A stretch of 63,801 bases of DNA, filler included, from Trichodelitschia bisporula (taxonomy: Eukaryota), in assembly GCA_010356995.1 (NCBI GenBank). It is 4 parts of 4 records of this genome, joined end to end, with 100 filler letters (N's around TTAATTAATTAA, not from the genome) between each part and the next. Parts side by side here need not be neighbours in the genome. Positions count along the whole stretch, not along the records: positions 1 to 31,198 come from ML996713.1; positions 31,299 to 56,616 come from ML996716.1; 2 more parts are not named here. One strand, given 5' to 3'. Shown here in pieces: positions 23,401 through 34,221 of this stretch (position 1 is the first letter of the stretch; each line of letters begins with the position of its first letter). Position numbers and translations under genes: made by a program. Below the pieces are notes generated by a model. That model was not told the origin of the DNA. It saw only the letters and a list, made by a program, of their open reading frames with translations, and did no database searches.

Positions 23401-25899
23401 ACGTTGCTGAGGGTGAGGGGGCCTGGAGTGGGCAGGGATATTGGGGAGCCAGAGTTGCCAGATCTGGCTCCAAGGGTCTTCGCTTGGAGACTCTCCCCTA
23501 TCTTCTTTAGCCTTGCCCTCGGTTTCCTTTCCTTTCGCCTCTTGACTCCTGTCAACCTCATCCGGCCCATTTCCAGACGGCGGTTCCTCAGCTTCCTCTC
23601 CGCTGGTGTCCTCATCCGCAGAACCGTGTCCGGGCGGTGGTTGATCAGACCCAGTGCCTCCACCGCCTTGGTCATCACGGAACTGAGGGCTGGGGGGGCT
23701 GAAGTGGGGAGGTGGGCGGTTGTAAGCATCCCAGATGGGCCCGTAAAGTGATCTGCTTAGAGACTTCCCTCCGTCATCTTCGGCCTCGTCATCGGCTTCC
23801 TCTCCCTTATCCTCTTCGGCCTTGTCAACCGCATCCAACCCACCTCCAGGCAGCTTTTCTTCGGACCCATGTCCGCCGTGGTCTGAGGAAGCAATCAAAG
23901 TATCGTCCGAGAAAGTAATCGAATCCTCATCCGGCGTATCATCTTGCCTCGAACAGGCAGAACCGTGTCCGGACTCATCCCCACCCCGGTCCGAGATGGA
24001 ATACAAATCATCCTGCTCCTCCTCGTCAGGGCCGACTCCGGGCGATGGTTGAGCCTGGGGTGGGCTGTAGTGGCGAGGAATGTACGGGGCGTAGATGGAG
24101 GGGGTCTCTGGTTCCCGTCCGGTGCTTTGCGGTTCCGTGCATGGACAGTTGCGCAGCATGGCATCGTCCGCCGTCCTCACAATCCGAAGATCCCATGCTC
24201 TCTCCCCGCCGTGCGTAGGCTTGAACGGATCGCTGGGGCGCGCGAGCAAAAAAGGCCCAACGGGCGCCGGGTTAGGCGGGAGCAGAAGGTCGACTAGCGC
24301 GGGGAAATCTGACTGAGCGGGCGCCAGATCAGCGACAGTGACGTGAGGAACGAGGGCCTGGGCGGGTGTAGAGGGTTCCTCGCAGGACGTGCCAGTTGGT
24401 GTGGTCCAGGAGTTGAGTTGAACAACATCGTCATCTTCCTCTGAGTCTTCAGGAGTGAGTGTCAAATCCCACTCGTGGTTCGCAGCTAGGGTCAATTGTA
24501 TGAGCCAGGGGTATGTGCCCACCTTCGGCGCCGTTGTGGTGACGGGTGGAGCGGGCACCGTTTTGGTGACAGGCGGAGCGGGCTTCGGTGGGGCGGTGGA
24601 GGATTGAGAGGGGGTGTGCGGTCCCTTGCTCGGGCCGTGAGATAGTGCGCTCGGAGCGCTGCACGGAAGGGAGTTGTCTGCAGAGGAAGACTGAGCGCGT
24701 TCTGGCTGGCTCTGCTGAGCCACGGGAGGTTGCCCATGCTGAGGCACGAGCGATTGCCCATGCTGAGGCACAAACGGCTGGGCATGTGCAGACACGAACG
24801 AATTTCCATGCTGAGCCTTGAGCGGTTGGCCATGCGTAGGCACGTATGGTTGTCCATGCTGAGGCGCGAGCGGCTGACCATACTGAGGCACGAACGGATG
24901 ACCATGCTGAGGCATGAACGCTTGGCCATGCTGAGGCACGGGCAGCTGGTGACTTTGCCAGTAGCCCGGGAGCTGAGCAGGCCCCAATTGGCCATAATGA
25001 GGCTCGAAGGGGTTGTGAGGTGCGAATGGGCCCTGACATCCAAATGGGCCGTGAGGCCCAAATACGCCCTGAGGCCCAAATACGCCCTGAGGCCCAAATA
25101 CGCCCTGAGGCGCAAATAAGTGCTGAGGCGCGAATAAGTGCTGAGGCGCGAATGGAAACTGAGGCGCGAATGGATGCTGAAGGGGCGGGGGGTTGGAGCC
25201 GAAGCCGGGGGGTACACGGGGGACTTCGCGGGCAAAAGGGTCTGTCTCGTGGAAGCTGTACGCCCATTCGCGCTGAGTAGTGGCATCTTCCGGCCTTGCG
25301 AAATAGAAATTTGCGTTGCCGCTCCACACGGGCGGGGGCGGCTCGGTGGCTTGCCCTGGGAATTCGGGACCTCGCTGGCCATACTCAAATGCGTGGGGCT
25401 GTATGGGTGGTGAAGTTAGCCGCCGGCCGTGGGGTATACGGGGGACTTTGCGGGCGAAAAGGCCTCTCCGGTAGAAGTCGTGTGCGGATTCGGGTAGAGT
25501 AATGGCATCTTCCGGTCTTTCGAAGTCAAAATTTGCGTTCCCGCCCCACACGGGCGGGGGCGGCTTGGTGACTTGCCCTGGGAATGCAGGGCCTCGCTGG
25601 CCATACTCGGGCGCGTGTGAATGGATAGGTGGTATCGTGGGTCGCCCGCCGCGGGGCCAGAGATATGAGCTGGGCTGTGCGATGTTCGAGTCGGGATAAT
25701 GGGCTCCACCGGTTGTGGGACAAAGGGACCGACGTGTACCGGCTCCAGGACGGGAGGACTGACTTCTACCGGCTGCAGGACAAGAGGCCTGACCTCTACC
25801 ATTTGTAGAACGAGAGGAATGACCTCTACCGGTAGATCTCCCGGCGGATGGTTGGTTCTGAAGGTTCTCAGCGGCGTCTTTATTGCTAGACGGGTCCAT
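20437..25899 (-). CDS. Very large multi-repeat protein (FAPQ and PQHGQ repeats, ~50-60-aa Y[IV]PPHRQ repeats, two C-terminal C2H2 zinc fingers) interrupted by one in-frame TAG at 22977-22975
   Basis: ORFs 22975-26052 and 20437-22872 are in the same frame. The 34 codons between them are open (EAGVDRGRF...PRYIPPYRQLGL) and follow the repeat consensus. CPYC-x12-HVKGH and CPYC-x13-HVKLH lie at the C-terminus. Confidence 0.7.
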
Positions 25900-26857
25900 T
25901 GTAATAAGATAAAAACTAATGACGGGTAAATCTGCTTCTAGAACTAGTGATTGATGTTCTCGGTATGAATCTTGCTGTGAGACAATGAGGGCGGAGATGG
26001 TGTTTTTTTTCCATCTCTGTTGGCAGGTGGAAAGAACGGTCTTGACGATCATACAGCCAGACTACTTTCTTTCCGTTTCTCGCAGTATGCAAGTGCTGTA
26101 GGACCGCGATGCAAGTGGCACTGACCTAGCAGTCGTGGCGGCCACGGCGCTCGTGGTGACTGCCAAACACAACCGACCGTTCTGGACCGCCGAGCAGGGG
26201 AGATAGGTCCTAATCCCATCCCGGGGAGTGTGAAACCTCGCACTTGGTTAAGTTAGCTTTGCAGAGTATGTGTATCAGTGAGAATACCCAGGCTAAATGA
26301 TATTCGAAGACTTGTGTCCCTGCAAGTGGCGTCACGGATAGCCTTACACGTGATCTCCTCTCTCAGCCTCGTCCCTCATCTCTCAAGCCCTGATCAAGAT
26401 AATACTCACCCACCTTCTCAATAAGCCCGGAGCACACTCCTAGCCCCCAGCTGCGTCATCGGCCTGCAGCCACCAATTACTTTTACCATTTAGATTTACA
26501 CGTCACTTCATTCAGCACATACGGCCATAGGTCGGAGAATGCAACTACGTTCGCGTTCCCAATTTGGTAAAACTCTGAATTTAGACTAGCGTCAGACATC
26601 CTCTGTCGTCAGGTGGCGAATATTGTACAATTAAAGTTGCCATTATTAAGCGCGGGACTACGGAAGGGAACTGTCGATTCTGCTTTTCAACTTTTCAAAA
26701 CTTCAGGACGACGAATATGGCGTCCTTAGATGCCTTCGGTAGGGGCGCTGTTAGATGGTCCTTAGGAGGGCTGGGAGGCAAACTGCTTAATGCTCTGACT
26801 TAAATCTCCCCGAAGACCAGTGCGGGTTCAGAAGTCAACCTTCTGCCCTCGATCTCA

Positions 26858-27658
26858 ATGTCGACGCACAACTTCGCTCACCTTCTCTCTAGGCTGAAAA
26901 GCCTCCGATATTCCTAATGGAGATGCACTTTTCAGTGACCCTAAAAAGTGTATGGCGGAGGCTGACCCTGAGCTGGTTATGTTGTTCCTGAAATGGACTC
27001 TGGACACGCAAACGAGAATCCGAAAAGGGATAACTATTACGGCCTACTATGACCGGGTGGCACGCCGCTCAAAGGCAAATGCCACATCACCGAATGTGGA
27101 GCCTTGAGTACAGGAAGCGGGTTCTTTCAGTAAGAAACTCATCTTGATAAACTCAAAACTAATTTTGTATAGTTCATCTCTTTGGATTCAGCCTCTGAGC
27201 ATGGACTCAGTAGAGAACGGCAGCCGAAGCCTGTCCTAAGCTTTGCCGATATGGCCATCCTTCTCAACCACCTTTGGAAATGGGACAGGCTGCAGTATAC
27301 CAACGAGAGATTACGAGTCCAAGTGGCCTTGGTTATACTGATTTCGATGACTACGGCAACAAGGCCAGCGGCATTGCTAGAGCCGGTGTACGCCAAACAA
27401 GGTCATGGGGAACTACCCAAAGTTCTTCGTTATGAGCATGTCAGGCTCCTTAGTCCGCGATTCCGAACGGATGAGACAAAAGTTGGTTCTGGGAATCAAC
27501 CTTGTCTTTCACAAAGGATACGAGCGAAATCCCAGACCGCAAGTAACTTCAGTTTGGCATTTACATGCTAATAATCTTCTACAAGAACCACCCGCATTCT
27601 TACCGAGATAGAGGAGCCCATCTTTGATCCTAGAATACTCCTGCTGGTTCTCGCATTC
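26858..27658 (+). pseudogene. DUF3435 tyrosine recombinase (Starship 'captain') 5' fragment, frameshifted and truncated
   Basis: KPVLSFADMAILLNHLW...NERLRVQVALVILISMTTATRPAALLE...LRYEHVRL/LVRD...LVLGINLVFHKG, then EEPIFDPRILLLVLAF. These match the catalytic-Arg and KG blocks of DUF3435. It has an internal deletion relative to copy B, frameshifts, and ends at an LTR. Confidence 0.8.
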
Positions 27659-27799
27659 TGTTAAAATGAAGTGCGAACTTGACTGAGTTGCTTGATCGAC
27701 TAGCAGTGGAAAGTGAGCTGACGATATACCTCGCCAGGAGACGACCCCTGTCTCCTGGCTCCGCTCCAGCCACCCCAGGTTGCCGCCACAAATTCAACA
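27659..27799. mobile_element. 141-bp LTR-like element (TGTTAAA...TTCAACA) with mismatched flanks CATTC/TATCT
   Basis: Homologous to 54576-54716, which has a perfect TATCT target-site duplication. Confidence 0.75.
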
Positions 27800-28253
27800 T
27801 ATCTCCTCCATCAGAACAGTCTGTATGCTCCGTCTGTCCCTCACTGCTCTGCCAAACTCCCACCCAAAACCATGACCGCCACTCCGGCATCCTCCTGAGC
27901 CTGTTTATGCTCGAGCCCTGGCCAGTCTCGATATCTCGTACAGCATCTACGACGCGGGCACAGACGACGCAAGCAGCGTGGGCGGTGCAACATGGATAAA
28001 CAACCGGGTATGTCCTCCAGCGAAGTCTTCGTCTATGAACTGATCAGTTCGTAGGAGAACTTGATGCCCCGTAGCATGTGGCTGTGTCTCCAATCTCGTC
28101 CTCTCCGCGCCCGACAGCTCACAGCCTCATTCTTGGCATTCTGCCCCGCAGTTGAGCTCAGCTCGAAGCCCCAAAGCCTCGCCTTTAACCTCCAGTTCCA
28201 CTCCTGCATTTTCACAAGTCCGCAATTTCTTGACTAGCATCATTATTTCCAAG

Positions 28254-31198
28254 ATGCCACCTGCAAAGCGAATCCGGGCACGGGGCCACTTCTGTGCCTC
28301 TTCCGGCCTTTCACGACCCTCCTCACCTGTTGCTGGCGAGACCACCACGCCTGCCCCCGCGAGCAGTGTCGGCCAGACCTTATCTTTACCACTTGCCCCT
28401 CAGAGAGCCACTAACAGTGGGCCAGCCCGCCGACTTCGTCATGAAGACTATACAATAGGATGGATATGCGCTCTACCGATGGAACTTGCGGCAGCTCAAG
28501 AGATGCTAGATGGGGAACATCAGAGTCTCCCTCAGAACGCGGCTGATTCCAACGTCTATGTGCTTGGCTGCATCGGTGGACATAATGTCGTGATTGCGTG
28601 CCTACCCGTAGGCCAAATGGGAACCAATGCGGCAGCCTCGGTTGCTGCCCAGATGCAGTTGGCATTCAGCTCTGTCCGGCTCGGCCTGATAGTGGGCATC
28701 GGAGGTGGTGTGCCGAGCACAGCTGATGTACGGCTTGGGGATGTCGTCGTCAGTCAACCGTTCAAGGATCATGGCGGAGTAGTGCAGTACGACTTCGGCA
28801 AGACGACACCAGACAAGTTCGAACGGACTGGATCCCTCAATTCTCCCCCACAGGTCTTCTTGAAGGCGATAGCAAGCCTAAAGGCCAATAACCTCCGAGA
28901 GAGAGTCGGGTTCTTACACTCTCTTTCGAAGCTCGCCCAGTACCCAAGATTTGCACGGGACGAAGCCGGACCAGATGATTTATACCACGTTACCTACAAT
29001 CATGAGGGAGGACCTGACGACTGCCAGAAGTGCCGGAAAGAGTACGTGGTACGGCGGCAGCCGCGCGGCGAGGATGTTGTTGTCCATTACGGCACCATAG
29101 CCTCCGGGAACCAAGTCATGCGCGATGCCAAGGAACGAGACAAAGTCAGCAGGAAGCTTGGAGGCGTACTCTGCTTTGAGATGGAGGCGGCGGGGCTCAT
29201 GAACAGTTTTCCGTGCCTTGTTGTGCGGGGAATATGCGACTACTCTGACTCGCATAAGAACAAGAGCTGGCAGCCGTACGCGGCGGGGACGGCGGCAGCG
29301 TACGCTAAAGAGCTTCTATTGTTGGTTCCACCGGCCAAAGTCGAGATGCCAGAATATCCATCCGCGCCGGCAATGCTCCTAAACTTGCCCAGGGCTGCAG
29401 ACACACCATCCAACCCATACGAGCGGAAAAAAGCGTCTTGCCTGATTGGTACCCGGGTCGAACTTCTCAAAGAGATCTACGGCTGGGCTTACGGGGAGAA
29501 TTCGCCAAATATTTTCTGGTTGAGTGGTTTAGCTGGCACCGGCAAGTCCACCGTGGCTCAAACTGTGGCCGCTGAATGTTTTCAGAAGGGAAGGCTTGGA
29601 GCCAGCTTCTTCTTCTCGCGAAGTGGCGCAGATGTCCGGCATGCCGGCAAGTTCGTGACAAGCATCGCAGCGCAACTTGCAGACAATGTGTCGGGGGCAA
29701 AGCAGTCTCTCTACAAGGCACTGGAGGAAAGGGATACCATCACTGAAGAGCCTATCCGCAGTCAGTGGCATCATCTCATCCTCGGTCCCATGTCGAAGCT
29801 TGAAGGCGACACCTCTGCTCCGTACATCCTGGTAATCGATGCCCTGGACGAATGCGAGGGCGAGGACGCCATAAGGGAAGTTCTGGATCTCTTTCGGTTG
29901 CTGAAGAAAACCCGGCTCCGGTTGTTTTTAACGAGCAGACCTGAAGTGCCAATCCGATCTCCGTTATCCGAAATGCCAACAGGCGAGCACCTGGACTGTG
30001 TGCTCCACAGAATTGAGAAGTCGACTGTTGACAATGATATCCGCTTCTTCCTACGACACGAGTTCGAAGGTCTAGCCCGGGAACGCTCTGTTGGCAAAGA
30101 TTGGCCAGGCAAGCAAGTCATCGACACCCTTGCCCAGAAAGCCAGTGGCCTGTTCATCTGGGCTGAAACCGCATGCCGCTTTGTTCAACAAGGCAGAACA
30201 TTGGCACCCAAGAGACTGCGCTTGATCCGCGACCAAGGCCATAGTGCTACGAAAGGGCCAGAGCAGCATCTCGACGAGATCTACGCGACTGTTCTTCGCC
30301 AATACTTTTCCAACTATGACGATGATGTGGAGGAGCTGCGATCGACACTAAAGGAATTGCTTGGAACCATCGTGATCCTGTTCGATCCACTTTCGATCAT
30401 GTCCTTGAGCGAGCTACTCATCCAGAATGTAGCTCTGGCACTGGATGACCTTCACGCCATTTTGGACATTTCAAAGGAACCAGGCGACTCACTCCGTTTA
30501 CATCACCCTTCGTTCCGTGACTTCATTCTCAATCCAGAGAGAAGCGGGAAAACAGGACTCTGGGTCGATAAAGAGGAGGCGCATCGAGCCCTTGCCACGA
30601 AATGCATACAGGTAATGTCTAACTTCCTCAAGCAGGATATGCTTGGAATAGGTCGGCCTGGAGTACTCAAGACTGAGATCGAACGTCATAGGGTTGAAGG
30701 GTCCCTCCATCCTGAGAAGCAGTATGCATGCCTCTACTGGATACAGCATCTTCATAAGAGTGGATCTCAGCTCAATGATGACGGTGAAGTTCATCAGTTC
30801 CTGAAGGAGCATCTCCTTCATTGGCTTGAGGCGCTTGGATGGATGCAAAAGGTTTCCGAAGGGTTCCATGCCATCGTGTCTTTGGAGTCCATGATATTGG
30901 TAAGCTGGACGTAAAGCAGAGTGGGGATACTTGGCTGATACTTGGCTCAGGCGCAGAGGTGTCCCCGACTATCGGAGTTTGTTCATGACATGAAACGATT
31001 TGTCCTCTACAACCGGTCAGCCATCGAACTAGCTCCCTTGCAGACATATTGCAGCGCGCTGGTATTTTCCCCGACAGCAAGTCTTGTAAAAAGGCGGTTT
31101 CAAAGCAAAATGCCTCTGTGGATGCCCGGACTACCGCAGGTTAGGGACAACTGGGATGCCTTGCTGCAAACGCTCGAGGGCCATTCGGGGTCGGTCTT
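28254..31198 (+). CDS. NLR: PNP_UDP_1 (purine nucleoside phosphorylase) - NACHT - WD40 (HET-E-like), truncated by the gap; intron 30900-30950
   Basis: DYTIGWICALP, VGIGGG, RLGDVVV, CFEMEAAG, RGICDYSDSHKNK; Walker A WLSGLAGTGKST; Walker B ILVIDALDEC; TSRPE; GLFIWA; HHPSFRDF; YACLYW; first WD40 LQTLEGHSGSV. Confidence 0.93.
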
Positions 31199-31298
31199 NN
31201 NNNNNNNNNNNNNNNNNNNNNNNNNNNNNNNNNNNNNNNNNNTTAATTAATTAANNNNNNNNNNNNNNNNNNNNNNNNNNNNNNNNNNNNNNNNNNNN
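31199..31298. other. Artificial contig linker (N44-TTAATTAATTAA-N44)
   Basis: The same 100-bp construct occurs at 56617-56716 and 60857-60956. Confidence 0.95.
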
Positions 31299-34221
31299 CA
31301 TTTTCGATTCGATTGCAACGATGCGCTCGAATAGCTCGATCGCCTCGCCTATTCGCCCGTCTTTAAGGTATGCGCTCGCGAGTTGGTGCTGCGATCCTAG
31401 ACGGTCTGAATGATCTTCCCGCAGTACTTGCGATTGGATTGCAACGACGCGTTTGAGTAGCTCGATCGCCTCGCCTATTCGCCCGTCTTCAAGGTATGCG
31501 CTGGCCAGGTAATGCTCCGAATCAAGAGTTGCTGCATCATCTTCTCCGGAATTTTCTTTTCTCCATTTGAAAACTTGCTCATACCAGTATATACACTCCC
31601 GGAGTCTCCTATCCCACATAAAGAAGTGCCCAAGCAGCTTGCATAGGGTGTAATGGCTGGCCAAGTCTTCGCCCTGAGCAGATTGAGCAACTTTTAACGC
31701 GTGGGGCAGGTATTCTCGACACATCGGCATGTTGTCATAGCTGTCCTGGGCATCTGGAAATGCATCCGCAAGGTGCTCCACCGCCTCTTTTCTCGCCTCC
31801 TCTTTCACCAGGGGATGCTTGTCAAGCCAAATCTTGGTCGCCTTTTGCACGAGTCTGTGCATGTCGTACATGTCTTCGTCCCGTTTGGTGAAGAAAGCGT
31901 ATCCAAGAAGGGTACCAATGGCCCTCACCAGTTGTTCTTCGGGCGGCACTAGGGGCAAGATCGACCGAGGTATCGCCTTTGGCTCAATGTAAGACACGAA
32001 GGCAAGGAGGTCGGCAGCTGTTTGATCCGTCAGGCGAATGTGCTCGAACGACACAATCCATGTGTTTGCAATGGCGTTTGGAGCGCCCCGGGGTCGTGTG
32101 AGGTCGAGGAACTCGGCGCTCATGAGATTGGACATATCTTGGTCGGTATTCCTCAGGAGGTGCAAATATCTGGAGATCGACAGCTTGTTTCTGTTGAGGT
32201 AGGCTGCTGCTTGTGCGATCGCCAAAGGGAGGAATGCCAGTTCAGTCAAGAGCTCGTCCGTGATCGAAGGTTTGGAAAGCAAGGTTTTGTCAAGCAAGGA
32301 ATTTGCCAAAAAGTCAAGCGAGTCTCTCTTGCTCATTTCACCCAGTGAAATGGCTCTATCACGCCCCAGGTCCTCTGCAATTTGCCTTACACGCGTTGTG
32401 CAAAGGACAAAGCCGTTCGCGCTTTTCGGAAGAAAATAGGCAATATGCATGGACGGATCGGCGGATAGAGAAAAGATATTCGCGTCGTCGACGTTATCAA
32501 CAATCAAAAGCCAGGGCCCTGCCATTTCGCCACTTAGGTACTCCTTCACCAACTCCTTCACGTCCTTGTCCTTTTCGTTCTCTGAAAGGATCGACAACTC
32601 CCTTGCGATACTGGAGCAGTCTTGAGTAAAGATTGCCGCGCTCACAGCGGAAACCCAAAATACAGAGCACTGAGGATGGTTCTCTTTCACCCAGTAAGCG
32701 AACTGCAAGGCGATTTGCGTCTTCCCAGTGCCGCCGAGGCCGTGAATTGCCACCATTCGGTTGGTTTTGTCTGCGAAGAGGCCTTGGACCTTCGCGAGCT
32801 CAGCTTTCCTGCCGACGAAGTTTTCGTTTGGTTGAGAGGGAATGAAATAGGTCGCTTTGGGGGCACAATCTTAGACATTTAGTCAGGCTGCAAAGCAACT
32901 TAGGTTTGACGCTCACCTTTGGATGAGCCATCCATGGCTAGCCGAGGATCCTCAGGCAGTCGAGAACCAATTTCAGGTGACCGGGCCAAGTCAGTATTAG
33001 CCGTTGCAATGAATTTAAAGACTTACTCCACTAGCCTCCAGTGCATCACGGATCGTGTTTAGGACCTTCAGGTAATTGGAATCTTGTCTGCTGGTGTATT
33101 TGCAAACACCATGATGATCGGCCTGCAAGGACATGTACATTTCCCCGGTACACATAAGTCTAGCCGAGCCTTTGTCCACGACCTGAACCTTGCCCGGAAA
33201 CTTGCGGCTCAGTTGGGCGAATAAGGGGGTCTCCAAAGTCTCCCAGAAGGACGCAAGAAAAAGCTTGCCCGTGTGGTGGCGGAAACCTTCGTTAATGGTT
33301 TCCAAGGTCTCCGAATTTCGTTCCAGACTGTGCCTAAACTGGGTGTCTGAAAGGACGACTGACACTGAAATGAGCTTCCCGAGCAATGGGGCCGCGTCAG
33401 AGCCGATATGGGGCGTCGACAGAAAGATCATAGCATTGACGGAGGAGCCGATTCGGAGGTATTTTGGGTTGCTTTGGGCATTTAGGGCATCGATGTATGC
33501 TTTTTTCACGACCAACCCTCCCATTGAGTGGGCAACAAACAGAATAGGCATGGCTCCGATTTCGTGGCTTTCGCCTGTATCATTATTTCGGCTACGAGCC
33601 ATCAAGGCCAGTAGGTCCATGGCGAAATTCCCAATAGTCTGGTTGTTGGCTTCGGTCGACAGCCAATCCGCGTTGTATCCAAAGGTGAAAATCCTGGCCT
33701 TTTCCATGCCAAGCTCTTTCGGAAGCCATTCACCTGGCCAGAAGAGCTCCGGTGTGCCGTCTTTGGCCCAGGTTGCATGGCTTGAACCGCCTAGTCCGTG
33801 AACGAATATGATATCCACAGCGGGAGAACCGCTTGGCGCCGCGACGAGGGTTAGGGTGCGCAAGTTTGGTAGCGATGTGGGAACAACCGTCTCGCGGCCT
33901 GTGGGGCCGGGACTCGACGATGATCGTGGCACGCGCTGCTCGCTGGGCTCGGTGGAGGGCTGGCCGACGGAGGGACGGAGTGCGACATGATTATCAGCTG
34001 CGCCAGACTTGGTCCCGTCACCGGCTTCATCGCGTTTCTTGCCAGGTTTAGGCCTTAGTATGTTCCGAAATTTTCTCTTGAACACAGTTAGTAAGGACCA
34101 AAAGCAATGGTGGAAAGAGCTCAGATACAGTGAATACAACTGCACCACAAATGGGAGTGAAAACGGCATACATCGGCCTTAAGGAGCAAGGGCAGTTGTA
34201 GCGAAGGAGAATACGTACCAT
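31299..34221 (-). CDS. NLR: alpha/beta-hydrolase (SesB-like/PGAP1-type lipase) - NB-ARC - TPR, multi-exon, truncated by the gap
   Basis: DIIFVHGLGG, FWPGEWLP, RIFTFGYNA, FVAHSMGGLVVKKA; Walker A HGLGGTGKTQIA; WLLIVDNVD; FLPLAIAQAAAY; MHRLVQ; 42-aa TPRs (LASAYLEDGRIGEAIELL). ATG 34221 is followed by a GTACGT intron (34218-34077); further introns lie near 33026-32870. Confidence 0.9.

Larger units (their letters stand above)
26483..31198 (+). mobile_element. Starship-like element remnant A (left end, derelict captain, NLR cargo); right end not located
   Basis: Homology with 51583-56616 starts near TTACCA, with unrelated sequence upstream. The first gene is a DUF3435-type recombinase remnant, followed by an NLR, a common Starship cargo type. 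Confidence 0.7.
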
